Origin: an uncultured Lachnospiraceae bacterium
GTDB taxonomy: Bacteria > Bacillota > Clostridia > Christensenellales > UBA1242
Assembly: GCA_964594865.1 (NCBI GenBank)
Contig: CAZQMZ010000001.1
Coordinates: 82,982-146,981, forward strand
Reading direction: 5' to 3'
Length of the DNA stretch: 64,000 nucleotides
Each line of letters begins with the position of its first letter. Position 1 is the first letter of the stretch. Positions 1 through 11,200 of the stretch are shown in pieces. A program made the translations under genes and the position numbers. The notes beneath the pieces were generated by a model that searched no databases, was not told where the DNA came from, and saw only the letters and a list, made by a program, of their open reading frames with translations.

Positions 1-1
1 G

Positions 2-388
2 ATCAGCATTTTGACAGACCTTGGGCACACCGATGAAAAAATTTTTAATGCCGTTCAAGGCAGTCAACTTGTCTATATTGAAGCCAATCATGATTTGAGT
101 ATGCTCAGAAACAATGTAAAATATCCGCTCGCCACCAAGATGCGTATTGCGGGAAATAACGGACATCTTTCCAACGATGCGTCTGCACAGTTTATTGAAA
201 AGTTAGTGAGAACGGGCACTCGTCAAATCATCCTTTCACATTTGAGCACAGAGAACAATTCTCCAGAGCTGGCGTTTAATTACATAACAAAAATTCTTGC
301 CGAGCACAATTTGATTGAAGGTGAAACTTTCAAAATTGACGTGGCACTCACAAGACCGACCACATTGTTTAAATTGAAAAAAGATTGA
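2..388 (+). CDS. MBL-fold metallo-hydrolase (YycJ/WalJ-like), C-terminal fragment; 5' end lies outside the window
   Basis: Frame is open from the window edge to TGA 386-388. C-terminal pattern IEANHD...GHLSN...ILSHLSTENNSPELA resembles YycJ-type beta-lactamase-fold proteins. Confidence 0.6.
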   Translation: MSILTDLGHTDEKIFNAVQGSQLVYIEANHDLSMLRNNVKYPLATKMRIAGNNGHLSNDASAQFIEKLVRTGTRQIILSHLSTENNSPELAFNYITKILAEHNLIEGETFKIDVALTRPTTLFKLKKD

Positions 389-472
389 TAAAAACAAAAA
401 AATAAGAAAAAATCTTATTTTTTTTGTTATTTTTAATTAAAAAACTCGTTTTTTTGTTTTTTTATAAGGTGT

Positions 473-1189
473 TTAAAGGATTGTTGGAATGTTGAATTTT
501 CTCACATAGCCTTCTTGATTTTCGCTGTATATTCCATCTATGCCAAGGATGAAATTGTCATAAAATTTACATTCAAAGTTTTTCAAAATCTTTTTTATAT
601 AGTCAACTGCTTCTTTATCAACTTGCGAAGGCTTTGCAGTTCCACCGGGATGATTGTGTGCGATTGCAATGTAGGCGGGGTTATATGAGTTGACGATGTT
701 CAAAATTTCATAAACGGGGATTCCAACTGTGCGAACATAGTCCATTTCATATTTGCGCATATGTGTTAATTGCCAACTGTTGTTTATGCAAAAAATAAAC
801 AAATTTTCTGCGCTTTTGTTTGGAAGGATGTCTTCAAGAAAATCAAGAAATTCTTTATGGTTGTTCAAGTTCACATTTTTTGCCATCTTTTGACAAAAAT
901 AAAGTTCCATATAATCTTTAAAAATTTTGATTTTGTTTGCAGAATGTATGCTCAAACCCGAAACTTGAGCAAGGTCATTGACATCGGCGTCAAGCACATT
1001 TGCAAAATTTCCATATTTATCCAAAAGTTTGTGCGCAAGTGGATTTACATCTTTTCGTGGAATGATGTAAAACAAAAAGCTTTCCATTGCTTGAATTTCG
1101 GTGACGTTCATTGGTCCAACTTTTGAGATGAGTTCTGCCAATCTCACACGGTGACCATCATGTTTGACAACAGATGTGTCCTTTTTCAT
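473..1189 (-). CDS. radC: RadC-family JAB/MPN domain protein
   Basis: JAMM-like motif HNHPGG...PSQVD near the C-terminus and an HhH-like N-terminal half. Start moved from ORF-track 1264 to ATG 1189, which is preceded by AAAGGAGAAAAG and avoids overlap with fba. Confidence 0.8.
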   Translation of the reverse strand: MKKDTSVVKHDGHRVRLAELISKVGPMNVTEIQAMESFLFYIIPRKDVNPLAHKLLDKYGNFANVLDADVNDLAQVSGLSIHSANKIKIFKDYMELYFCQKMAKNVNLNNHKEFLDFLEDILPNKSAENLFIFCINNSWQLTHMRKYEMDYVRTVGIPVYEILNIVNSYNPAYIAIAHNHPGGTAKPSQVDKEAVDYIKKILKNFECKFYDNFILGIDGIYSENQEGYVRKFNIPTIL

Positions 1190-1214
1190 CTTTTCTCCTT
1201 TGTGTTTGTGAAAA

Positions 1215-2135
1215 TTAAATTTTTCCATCATTGTGAAAAACTTCTTTGTTTTTCGTTGCCACATATGATGCGATTTCTTTAATGGCGTTGGAATATGGTT
1301 TTCTTAAATCAAAATTTTCTGGATTTTCGGCGAAATGTTTTCTGAAAATTGCTGTTTGACATAGGCGAAGATCGGTGTCGGTGTTGATTTTGTATATGTG
1401 ATGTTTTGTGCAAGTTTCTGCCAACAATTCTTCTGGAATTCCTTTTGCACCAGAAATTTTTCCGCCATATTGATCAATCATGTCGACATATTTTTCCGGA
1501 ACGCTTGAAGCTCCATGAAGGACAAGCGGCGTTTTTGGAATGGCTTTTTCAATTTCTGCAAGAATGTCAAAGCGTAAGTTTTGTTTTCCTTTGAATTTAT
1601 ATGCGCCATGGCTGGTTCCAATAGCAACGGCAAGAGTGTCGCACTGTGTTCTTTCAACAAATTCTTTGGCTTTTTGTGGATCTGTGAAGATTGTTGAATC
1701 AGCTTTCACTGTGTCTTCGATTCCTGACAAAACGCCAAGTTCGGCTTCCACAAAAACACCTTTTTTGTGCGCATATTCCACCACTTTTTTTGTTAAAAGC
1801 ACATTTTCTTCAAAAGGAAGCGAGCTTCCGTCAATCATAACGCTGTCAAATCCCAAATCCACTGCCGTTTTGCAAACGTCAAAAGATTTGCCGTGATCAA
1901 GATGCAAAAAGATTGGAAGATTATACTCTTTTTTTATTGCATCAAAAAGTGGTTTGACAATGTCTTTTCCAATATATTTCAAGGCACCTTCACTCACCGA
2001 AACAATGGCCGGAGAGTTTGACAATTTGCAACCTTCACAAATTCCACGCAAACTTTCGATGTTGACAAAGTTATATGCGCCAAGAGCGTATCCATTTTTT
2101 GTGCAGTCAGTATAATAAAAATTCAGTTTTTTCAT
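1215..2135 (-). CDS. fba: class II fructose-1,6-bisphosphate aldolase
   Basis: Motifs LHLDHG, VMIDGS, EAELG, AIGTSHGAYKF and LVLHGASS; GAGG Shine-Dalgarno upstream of ATG 2135. Confidence 0.9.
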   Translation of the reverse strand: MKKLNFYYTDCTKNGYALGAYNFVNIESLRGICEGCKLSNSPAIVSVSEGALKYIGKDIVKPLFDAIKKEYNLPIFLHLDHGKSFDVCKTAVDLGFDSVMIDGSSLPFEENVLLTKKVVEYAHKKGVFVEAELGVLSGIEDTVKADSTIFTDPQKAKEFVERTQCDTLAVAIGTSHGAYKFKGKQNLRFDILAEIEKAIPKTPLVLHGASSVPEKYVDMIDQYGGKISGAKGIPEELLAETCTKHHIYKINTDTDLRLCQTAIFRKHFAENPENFDLRKPYSNAIKEIASYVATKNKEVFHNDGKI

Positions 2136-2248
2136 TTTAACCTCTTCAAGATTTTCATTATTCGTTTAAATATTCTATATTTTAACACATTTTGCAAAAA
2201 TTTCAAACATATATTTGAATTGGATAACAAAATTTTGTGAGGTGATAT

Positions 2249-2911
2249 ATGAGAAAAAAAATTATGTTGGGGGCGATGATTGCTGTTTTGGGCATTTCAT
2301 TGTTTGGTTGTTCAAGCACTGTGGACTATGTCAGAGAAAACATGAGTGAGTGGACAAAGGTGTATTATTATGGCGCGGGTGAAACATTTTATGTCACCAT
2401 GTCTTCTGGTGTGCGTGAAAGCACATATCTTGTCAATGGGAAGAGTGAAGAGAGTGTTGATTTTGCGCTTCTTTCAATTGTGTTGAGTGAGAATGACGGA
2501 CAGGTGATCAGGGCAACCGTTTCTGTTGACGGTGAAGAAAGTTCGCAAGAGCTTGAAATCAATGGATTGAATAGTGCATATATGGTCGATCTGGAAATTG
2601 AACTCTCCGGCGATGAAGAGATTGTCGTCACATACAACGGCGAGAGTGTGACTCTCAACAACCTATCAAAAGATTTTGCTGTTGATGATGAACGGGCAAT
2701 TGAAATTGCTTCGATTGAACTTGAAGAAGAAATCACGGCATTGAAGTCGGGAGTTACTTTGAATGCGGAGTGCTATCTTCGAGTGCTTGATAAACAAGCA
2801 AACAACTTTGAAGAAGTTTTTTGGTGTTTCACAGTTGTCAACACCAATGGCGAAAGTAGTTCGGTGATAATTTCCACATCCGACGGTTCAGTGTTGGCAA
2901 AGACGGCATAA
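2249..2911 (+). CDS. hypothetical lipoprotein
   Basis: Signal peptide MRKKIMLGAMIAVLGISLFGC with lipobox LFGC; GAGGTG SD; acidic Ser/Glu-rich mature part with no recognisable domain. Confidence 0.6.
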   Translation: MRKKIMLGAMIAVLGISLFGCSSTVDYVRENMSEWTKVYYYGAGETFYVTMSSGVRESTYLVNGKSEESVDFALLSIVLSENDGQVIRATVSVDGEESSQELEINGLNSAYMVDLEIELSGDEEIVVTYNGESVTLNNLSKDFAVDDERAIEIASIELEEEITALKSGVTLNAECYLRVLDKQANNFEEVFWCFTVVNTNGESSSVIISTSDGSVLAKTA

Positions 2912-2933
2912 ACAAAGCAAATTTGCATAAAAA

Positions 2934-2958
2934 AAGCGAAAAATTTCGCTTTTTTTTT
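2934..2958 (+). terminator. rho-independent terminator after the lipoprotein gene
   Basis: Stem AGCGAAA (2935-2941) pairs with TTTCGCT (2944-2950), followed by T8. Confidence 0.7.
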
Positions 2959-3013
2959 GTGTTTTTCTAGAATTTTTCATTTTTTTAAGATCTTTGTCAA
3001 AATTGAAAATTTG

Positions 3014-3043
3014 TTGATTGTGAGAAAGAATTTGTGATATAAT
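3014..3043 (+). promoter_or_regulatory. SigA-type promoter of hflX (apparently leaderless)
   Basis: TTGATT (3014-3019), 18-nt spacer, TGaTATAAT (-10 at 3038-3043). The ATG at 3050 is 7 nt after the last -10 base and there is no SD. Confidence 0.6.
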
Positions 3044-3049
3044 GTTGCT

Positions 3050-4117
3050 ATGAATGTGCAAGAAGAAATAAAGGAAAGAGCGATTGTCTTTTGTCCAATT
3101 GAGAGAGAAAGTGAAAAGCAATATCAATTTGTTGAAATAAGCAGATTGTGTTTTTCTGCGGGGCTGGAAGTGGTTAAGATTTTTTCTCAAAGCATTGACG
3201 CATTCAACAGACGCACAATCATGGGTAAAGGAAAACTTGAAGAAATCAAACAGTTTTTGCGTGAAAATCCTTGCGATGTGCTTGTTGTAGACTTCAAATT
3301 GTCTGGCTCGCAAATGAGAAACATATCCGACGAATTGGGTGTCAAGGTGCTGGACAGGATTCTTCTTATCATCGACATCTTTGCTTTGAATGCAAAGTCA
3401 AGCGAAGGCAAGATTGAAGTTAAGCTTGCACAAAATCGCTATCTTTTGACAAGACTTTCTTCCATACAGGGCTCGTTTGGACGCTTTGGCGGAACGGGTG
3501 TGGGGATGAGAGGACCCGGTGAAACAAAATTGGAACTTGATCGCCGAAAACTTGAAAAAGAAATTTTGACTCTTTCAAAAGAGATTGAAAAAATCAAAAA
3601 TTCTCGTCGTCAAAACAGAGTTTTGAGAGAAAAGAGTGGTATAAAGAGTGTTGTTTTGGGAGGATATACCAACGCTGGCAAGAGTTCAATTTTCAACATT
3701 TTGACAAGGGAAAATATATATGCTGATGACAAACTTTTTGCCACATTGGACACAACAAGTCGCAGAATGTTTTTGGGGGACGGAAACTTTTGCATAATCA
3801 CCGACACTGTTGGGTTTATCAGCAAACTTCCGCACGAACTTGTGGAAAGTTTTTCTTCAACCTTGGAGGAAGTGAAAAATGCCGATCTTGTGTTGCATGT
3901 TGTGGATGTTGCCGACGATTTTTATAAACAAAACATTGAAATAACAAATGAAATTTTGGACGGTTTGGGAGCGACTGAAAATCGAATTGTCATTTTGAAC
4001 AAATGTGACTTGCTTAAAAAACCTGTTGAAATTGAGAAAAATCAAATACTTTTTTCAGCAAAATCTAAGAAAAATCTTGAAAAATTGAAAGAAATAATAA
4101 AAAAAGCGCTTGAATAA
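3050..4117 (+). CDS. hflX: GTPase HflX
   Basis: G1 GGYTNAGKSSIFN, G3 DTVGFI, NKCD, and the HflX N-terminal domain pattern (GKGKLEEIKQFL). Confidence 0.9.
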   Translation: MNVQEEIKERAIVFCPIERESEKQYQFVEISRLCFSAGLEVVKIFSQSIDAFNRRTIMGKGKLEEIKQFLRENPCDVLVVDFKLSGSQMRNISDELGVKVLDRILLIIDIFALNAKSSEGKIEVKLAQNRYLLTRLSSIQGSFGRFGGTGVGMRGPGETKLELDRRKLEKEILTLSKEIEKIKNSRRQNRVLREKSGIKSVVLGGYTNAGKSSIFNILTRENIYADDKLFATLDTTSRRMFLGDGNFCIITDTVGFISKLPHELVESFSSTLEEVKNADLVLHVVDVADDFYKQNIEITNEILDGLGATENRIVILNKCDLLKKPVEIEKNQILFSAKSKKNLEKLKEIIKKALE

Positions 4118-4167
4118 ACACGCTTTTTTTATTTACATTTTTATGTGCAGGAGATTGTTTTTTTCTT

Positions 4168-4398
4168 TTATTTTTTATTTTCGTTCAGTTTTTTCATTAA
4201 GAAGTCAAGGTCAATGCCATGAACCATCGATGCCTCTTCAATTGTTTCCATTTGGCTTACAGGGCAGGTGACGCAATACATTCCAAAGCCAAGAAAAACT
4301 TCTTCCAAATTTGGATGAGCTTTCAACACTTCTGCAATGGTCATATCTTTTGACAATTCGTCCTTCTTTTTCATATTATTCTCCTTGTTCTTTTTCAA
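4168..4398 (-). CDS. DUF1858 domain protein (hybrid-cluster-associated redox disulfide-like small protein)
   Basis: MTIAEVLKAHPNLEEVFLGFGMYCVTCP...ETIEEA pattern typical of DUF1858; AAGGAG SD. Confidence 0.65.
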   Translation of the reverse strand: MKKNKENNMKKKDELSKDMTIAEVLKAHPNLEEVFLGFGMYCVTCPVSQMETIEEASMVHGIDLDFLMKKLNENKK

Positions 4399-4561
4399 TC
4401 ATTTTTTACGCTAACATTTTAACACACATCAATTTTCTTTTCAAGTAAAAACAAAGATTTTTGTTGAAATTTATCGAAAATTTTGTCAAAAATTGCCTTA
4501 ATTCGTCTTTTTTATGTTCTTGAAGATATTTCACTTGCGTTGAACATATAACAAGATTAAG

Positions 4562-5230
4562 GTGGTGAAAAGCGTGGATAAGATTTCAAATATTGTCTTG
4601 ACAAAAAAAGGAAAACGTGTGGGATATGTCTTGGATGTTGCCATAGATTTTGATGACATGCAAATGCAAGGTTTTTATGTTGTCGATGAAGAAAGTGAAG
4701 GAGAGTTTTTGCTTAAATGTGAAGACGTGGTTTCTCAATCGTCTAATTTCATTTTGATTGAAGATGTTGCCGTTTTGGATTTTGTGACAGAAAGAAAAAC
4801 TTGTGTTGGAAAGGAAGTTATGGATGAAAATTGTCAAAGTTATGGAACTTTGAAAGATGTTGTTTTCAAAAAGAAAAAATGCGAAAAGTTCATAACGGAC
4901 AAATGTGAAATTATGGCAAAGTATGTCAAAAACGTCGGTGAAGATTTCATTCTTGTCAACTTCAAAAATGGAAGGACAAAAAAGTCTTTTTCAAAAACTT
5001 TTCCAAAAAGCGACATATTGACGACTGTTGAAATTCAAAAACTTCCAGCTGTGCCAGAGACAATTCTATTGTCGCCAAGTTTCTACTTGGGGAAAATTTC
5101 AAGCGAGGACATCATGGGATATAACAATGAAAAGATAATTCAAAAAGGCGAGGTTGTGACAAGGTTGACAGTTGAGAAAGCAAAGATACACAACAAACTC
5201 AACCAATTGTTTTTTGCTGTCAAGAGATAA
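4562..5230 (+). CDS. PRC-barrel-like domain protein (two YlmC/YmxH-like repeats), hypothetical
   Basis: Two segments resemble PRC-barrel/YlmC repeats (KGKRVGYVLDVAIDFDD.., VGKEVMDENCQSYGTLKDVVF). Start is ambiguous: GTG 4562, or GTG 4574 behind AAGGTGG. Confidence 0.4.
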   Translation: MVKSVDKISNIVLTKKGKRVGYVLDVAIDFDDMQMQGFYVVDEESEGEFLLKCEDVVSQSSNFILIEDVAVLDFVTERKTCVGKEVMDENCQSYGTLKDVVFKKKKCEKFITDKCEIMAKYVKNVGEDFILVNFKNGRTKKSFSKTFPKSDILTTVEIQKLPAVPETILLSPSFYLGKISSEDIMGYNNEKIIQKGEVVTRLTVEKAKIHNKLNQLFFAVKR

Positions 5231-5511
5231 ATTTAAAAAATAAGAAAAAAAATACCAAAAAAATCAATTTTTTTATATTTTTTTAATAAAAAAATGAATT
5301 TTAATTAAAAAAAAGACATTTTTTCAAATATTTTATGTCACATTTTTTACGTGGCGTAATATTTTTTTTAATTTTTAATTTATTTTTGTGCTGTTTAATT
5401 TATTTATTATTTTATTAAAAATGATATTCCATATTTTTTTCGTCAAATTATTTGTATTTTTGATGCGATTTGTAGTAGAATAATTTAAACAAAGAAAGTT
5501 GAGAGGAAAAT

Positions 5512-8211
5512 ATGGTCAGGGTTATTCCAAGAAGAACAAAAGTTAAATCAGAATTCATCAGGGGCGTCACGGGTTTGGACGTTGTTTTGGCAGTCATTTT
5601 CATTGCAATTGCCATCATTCTTTTTCTTGCCAATTTTGAATTTCACATTTGGATTGGGATTGCATGGTGCATCATTGCCGTTTCCATGTTTTTCAAATTT
5701 GCAGACGAAACACGTTTCTACAACACGTTGATCTTTTTGTTGAGATATTCTGCACAGAAAAAGAGATTTTCCAAAGGGGATGGAAAAAAGAAGAAAAATG
5801 ACATCAAGGAAATGATCGCTTATGATGGTATATATCAAGATCGATTTATCAACTTTGGGCTCTATTATGCTCAGGTTATTGAAATTGAACCTATGTTTTT
5901 CACATTGCTGACGGAATATTATCAAGACAATGTCATTGAAAGTTTCGCCAACGCACTGCGTCGTTTGAATGGAGATCAAACTTGTTCAATTGTCAAGATT
6001 TCAAAGCCAATGATTTTGGATAGATACATACACAACGAAAATGAAAAATATGATGTGCTGTATGATATGCAATATGACGGACAAATTTCTCAAGAAGAAA
6101 TTGACGCTCGTTCGCCAATCTTTGAAGAGAGAGTTTCGCTCTATGAATTCATGAACCGTCAAGCAAAAATTTTCAAAGAACATTTCTATTTGGTTGTATA
6201 TGACAAAGATCGCGAAATTTTGGAAAACACCACTTCCGGTATGATTTCTGCCATGGCAGCTTCTTTAAACCCAATTTCTTCTCACTTGGTTACGGGCAAC
6301 GAGCTTGTTGTCTTTTTGAGATCCAACCTTGGCAAAGACTTTGATGAGCGCGACTTGGAAATTACACCGATTTCTGAACATATCAATTGGGCAACCCCAG
6401 ACAAAATTCGCTTCAACATTGCAAGATATTTTATCGATGACAATTGTTATCGTTGCTTCAACTTGGTAGATTATCCACTTCAAGTGGGAAATGCTTGGGG
6501 CGCGCAATTCTTCCTTTTGGATCGAACAAAAGTTGTCATGAAGTTCAATCCAATTGCAAAAACGGATTCTGAACGACAAATCGACAGGGCTATCATGGAA
6601 ATGGAAACCAAACTTTATAAGGCGGGCAGAAGCTCCACTCAAATTGAATTGCAAACACACGTGCAAACTCTTCGAGATCTTCTTCAAAGTTTGAAAAACA
6701 ACAACCAACAACTTTTCAATGTCAACACTTTCTTGGTTGCCGAAGATGCTGTCAAAAAGGATGTCAGAGCTATGCTCAAACAGCAAGGGTTCAAATATTC
6801 CGAACTGTTTTCAAGACAAATTGACGGATTTGTTTCTTCCAACATTTCAAGAAAAGATTCAGTCAAGAGCAGTTTGAGAGGTATTCCAACCAGCACTTTG
6901 GCAGCAACATTTCCGTTCATTTCCAATTCTTTGCAAGATAAAAATGGCATCTATTTGGGAGATAATGAATATCCTGTTTTCGTTGACTTTTTCAAACGTG
7001 ATCGCGAAAGGGTCAACTCCAATATGATGGTCATTGGTAAGTCTGGTTCGGGAAAGAGTTACGCCACCAAGACACTTTTGACAAATCTTGCTGCCGACAA
7101 CTGCAAAATTTTCATTCTTGACCCAGAAAACGAATATCAAGATCTGACAAGAAACTTGGGCGGCAAGTTCATTGACGTTGGTTCTTCCATCCACGGAATT
7201 ATCAATCCATTTCACGTCATCTCTTCTTTGGAGGCATCGGAAGATGAAGAACAGGAGGAAGAGGAAGAAGAATTTGATGATTTTGGACGTCCGATTCAAA
7301 AGAAAAAGATTGTGCAAACATCAATTGATGACTCTTTTTCACAGCATTTGCAATTTTTGGAACAGTTTTTCAGAGTTATCTTGGAAGGCATCAATGCAGA
7401 CGCTTTCGAAGTGCTCAACTCACTGATTATTGATGTCTATAAAGAAAAGAAAATTGACTATCGCACCAATCTTGCACAGTTGAAACCGGAAGACTATCCA
7501 ACATTTGACTCACTCTATGATTTGATTTTACGCAGAATCAAGGAAGCAAAAGATGAGTTTTCTCTCAGAAATTTGATGACCGTGGAAACATATATCAAAA
7601 AATTTGCTACAGGCGGAAGAAACAGTGCACTTTGGAATGGTCCAACCAGCATTGAAACAAACGAAAATTTTGTTACATTCAACTTTCAATCACTTGTTGC
7701 GGGAAACAATGCTCAACTGACCAACGCGCAAATGCTTTTGGTGTTCAGATATTTGAACAACGAAATCATAAACAACAAAGATTTCAACAAGAAATATCGC
7801 AAAAACAGAAAAATTATTGTTGCGGTGGATGAAGCACACATTTTCATCAATCCAAAATATCCAATCGCATTGGATTTCATGGCTCAAATGGCAAAACGTA
7901 TCAGAAAATATGGCGGAATGCAAATCATCATCACGCAAAACATTTCTGACTTTGTGGGTTCTGAAGACATCAAACGTCAATCCACGGCGGTTATTAATGC
8001 TTGTCAATATTCTCTGATCTTCTCACTTTCACCAAGCGATATCAACGACTTGGTTGAACTATATTCCAAGTCGGGTGGAATCAATGAAGAAGAACAGAAC
8101 TCTATTGTCACAGCGGGTGTTGGTCAAGCCTTTTTGATCACCGGTCCAACATCGAGAACCACCGTGCAAATCATCGCGCAAGATTATGTGAAACAACTTT
8201 TTGGAGGTTGA
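5512..8211 (+). CDS. VirB4-family (TrsE/PrgJ/TcpF-like) secretion ATPase with an N-terminal PrgI/VirB3-like two-helix membrane module
   Basis: Walker A MVIGKSGSGKSYATKTLL, then ILDPENEYQDL...GG.FI...INPF, Walker B IIVAVDEAHIF, and RKYGGMQIIITQNISDF. N-terminus has two hydrophobic helices (GLDVVLAVIFIAIAIILFLANF; IWIGIAWCIIAVSMFF). GAGAGG SD before ATG 5512. Confidence 0.8.
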   Translation: MVRVIPRRTKVKSEFIRGVTGLDVVLAVIFIAIAIILFLANFEFHIWIGIAWCIIAVSMFFKFADETRFYNTLIFLLRYSAQKKRFSKGDGKKKKNDIKEMIAYDGIYQDRFINFGLYYAQVIEIEPMFFTLLTEYYQDNVIESFANALRRLNGDQTCSIVKISKPMILDRYIHNENEKYDVLYDMQYDGQISQEEIDARSPIFEERVSLYEFMNRQAKIFKEHFYLVVYDKDREILENTTSGMISAMAASLNPISSHLVTGNELVVFLRSNLGKDFDERDLEITPISEHINWATPDKIRFNIARYFIDDNCYRCFNLVDYPLQVGNAWGAQFFLLDRTKVVMKFNPIAKTDSERQIDRAIMEMETKLYKAGRSSTQIELQTHVQTLRDLLQSLKNNNQQLFNVNTFLVAEDAVKKDVRAMLKQQGFKYSELFSRQIDGFVSSNISRKDSVKSSLRGIPTSTLAATFPFISNSLQDKNGIYLGDNEYPVFVDFFKRDRERVNSNMMVIGKSGSGKSYATKTLLTNLAADNCKIFILDPENEYQDLTRNLGGKFIDVGSSIHGIINPFHVISSLEASEDEEQEEEEEEFDDFGRPIQKKKIVQTSIDDSFSQHLQFLEQFFRVILEGINADAFEVLNSLIIDVYKEKKIDYRTNLAQLKPEDYPTFDSLYDLILRRIKEAKDEFSLRNLMTVETYIKKFATGGRNSALWNGPTSIETNENFVTFNFQSLVAGNNAQLTNAQMLLVFRYLNNEIINNKDFNKKYRKNRKIIVAVDEAHIFINPKYPIALDFMAQMAKRIRKYGGMQIIITQNISDFVGSEDIKRQSTAVINACQYSLIFSLSPSDINDLVELYSKSGGINEEEQNSIVTAGVGQAFLITGPTSRTTVQIIAQDYVKQLFGG

Positions 8212-8246
8212 TTCGAAACATTTAAATCAAACAAAAAAGGAAGCTT

Positions 8247-11200
8247 ATGACAAAAGTTTTAAAGAACATTTTAATAAGTTTGCTGGGTGCATTCATGTTT
8301 ATGTTTGCAGGTATCTTTTTTGTTGGATGCGGAAGTGTGGATTATTCAAAAATCAAGATTGTTTCCAATGTCGAAGGCAGTGTGGTGTTGGGAGTTGGTG
8401 AAAGCGTGACAATCACTTTCACAATTGAAGGATATCAAAGCGGGTTCAATAATCAAGTTTCGTTGAGTGGACAAGATGAAGTGTTTACATATTCCGAGCC
8501 AAACTATTCATCCTCTGATTCTTCTCAATTCACTGTGACTGTCACGGGTGTTGCTGGTGGAACGGGAACACTTTTGGTCACTTCGGTTGAAGGCCAAAAA
8601 CAATGTGAAGTTGACATTTCTGTTGAACAGTCAACCACTTCAATTTCTTCAAACAATGAAATTCTTTATGTTACAAACGGAACAGATTTTGTTCCGAATT
8701 ACAGCATGTTCACTTTCGATCCAAACACAACAGACAGAGATTTGTCATATTATTTTGTCGTGCTGAGTGAAATAAGTGACACTGATTATGCCTCATTCTT
8801 CTTGAAATACAATCTTGTTGGCATTGATGCTGAAAATGGCATTGGATATTTCAACGATGACTCTTCAAGTGATCCAATTGAACGCCCGATATATCAGTTT
8901 GAAAGTGTGACTTTGGACGAAAATGGAAATTTGTTTTTGATTTATGATGGACAATCGACGTCAATTGACTTGCAAAGCGAGTTTGAATTTATGGCGGTTT
9001 ATGACAGTTCGGTTGGCTCTGAAAATATCTTGTTTGCTCATGCCACAGTCTATGTTCTTCCAAGTTTGTCCGCAACAGTGACGGGAGGATATTTGCAAAC
9101 TGACGGAACTGTTGAATTTGAAAGTGTTTTGGATGAAATTGTCATTGTTCCTGAAAGCTCATATCTTTCAAAATATTTAATTCGTGTGGAAATGAACAAC
9201 ATTGACAGCGATTTTGACATCATTTTCACACCGACAATTTCAAATGACAATGTGTCAATCACTCGATATTATTATAATGACGACGATTCGGACACAAACA
9301 TTCTCTATTTTCTTATATCTCAAAATGTTATAGTCAGCTCTTCGACAGATTTTTCTTTAAATATCTATTACAGTGTTGCGCAAGACATTGCAGATGAAAA
9401 TGTAAATTTTAATGTTGATTTCAGTATTTCAACTCAAATTGCACCGACAAAAATCACAATCAATGAAACCTTGGTGCAGAATGAGATGGCATTGACTTTA
9501 TATCACAACGCTCTTGAAGGTTATGGTTGGGAAGAAATTCGCGTTGACATCCTTTCCGATTGTGGAACAGAACCAAACTATGATGGAATATATCTGGTCT
9601 TTGACGAAAATTTGGTTGAAGTGCTCTATAACAACGTCAACATTTCAAGTGGAGAAATCATAGATGACATTTCAGTGTCAATTTATGTTCGTGGAAAGGG
9701 TTCTCAAGCCACAGAAACAAGTATAAGGGTCTATGTTTCAAGTTCAATCACAAACAGTACAGATTGGGCGCAAGAGTGGGATGAAGAACGAGAAGATGGT
9801 TATATTGAAATTCCTTGCTCAATTATAAGTGCTCCAACAACAATTCTTGTTGACGCAACCTATAACATAGGCGAGTTGTATGTCAGCTACACCGGCGGGA
9901 CTGTAAGTTTTGATGAACAATTATACACCGAAGCTATGTTCAAATCAGCCACCATCACTTTTTCAAGCGGCACCGATGTTGTGAACATTTCAACAAATTC
10001 TTCCACACCTTACGTATATGCCGATGGAAGATATTATCTCAATCTTACGGTCACTCCAAAGGCGGTTGGAATGGGAAGATATATCGTCACTCTCGACACA
10101 GGAGCAACACTTGTGATCACTTTCCAAAGTGTGCAGGTGCTTGAAAGTGAAAGTATAAGTGTGGCGCTGACAAACGAAGATAATGACAATGTTCGTGCAT
10201 ATTCACTAAGTCGAACATCGGGCTCAGAGTTTGATAATGTCATAAATCTTGAGATTCAAAACACATATTCAAATGGTTCAATTTCTTATGGAAGCACGGC
10301 AAGTTTTGTCATTTCTGGAAATTACACCAGTCTCATTTCTTCCGGTGTTAGTGGAGTGGTGAGAGTTTTGCAAAGCGATTCAACTTTCAGATTGACAACA
10401 ATAACGGACGGTGACACATATTTTTTGATTGAAATTTCAGGATATAGCATCCATGATTTTGGTTACACAATGGTTTCCTATTTTGTTTATGTGTATGTGA
10501 GTTCTTATTCTCTTGTTAACGAATATAGCTTGCGAAGTGAAGGGGAAACGGTTTTGAGCACCACTCTTTATTATGGCACAGACACATATTCTTCGGTGCA
10601 ATATTCTGCGTATGTCGACAACACAGATGCAAAAAATTTCCTTCAGTTGACGTTCACGACAAGTGGATTGCGAGAAATCTTTGGAAGCAATGACGAAACA
10701 TTTCTCATCACAAAAGCAAAGGAGTATGACAACTATTACACTCAAGAGTTGGTGTATCAAACATATGACAGCAAATATGTCTATTTCTATGTTCTTGACA
10801 GTGAAGGAAATGCTTTGACAAGAACAACCACAACTGTGAGTTTTTATATCAATAATGTATTGCAAAAGACTGTCACTTTGAGTTTTGATAATGGACTTAT
10901 GTTCTATTCCGATGTAATGAGTTTTGAATATCAAATTGAAGATCAAACATACACAGTCACAGCACAATTTTCAAATGTGTTCAGTTTGGTGGGTGGCTAC
11001 GGCACTTTTGACGTCACAACTTTCACATACACCAACACCTATTCCTCTGCTTATACCTTTGTTTTGAGGTCGCTTTTGAGCCAGAGAAATCTCACAAAGA
11101 GATATGATGTTCGCATTTCAGTCAGCAGATTCCAATCCGTTGAAAACATCTCTCTTCTTTCAAGTGAAACAGAAATAAATTTCACAAATGAAACTTTGAC

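Noticed and set aside
5231-5511. The 281-bp extremely AT-rich region upstream of the ATPase gene as a possible ncRNA, origin-like element or mobile-element end.
   Set aside because: It contains only homopolymeric A/T tracts and short imperfect symmetry (TACG..CGTA). I saw no DnaA-box-like repeats and no convincing -35/-10 pair. It is best treated as curved or AT-rich promoter DNA until tested.
8201-8401. A 66-aa plus-strand ORF spanning the ATPase/giant-gene junction.
   Set aside because: It overlaps the end of the ATPase gene and the signal-peptide region of the giant gene in another frame, with no SD. It is spurious.
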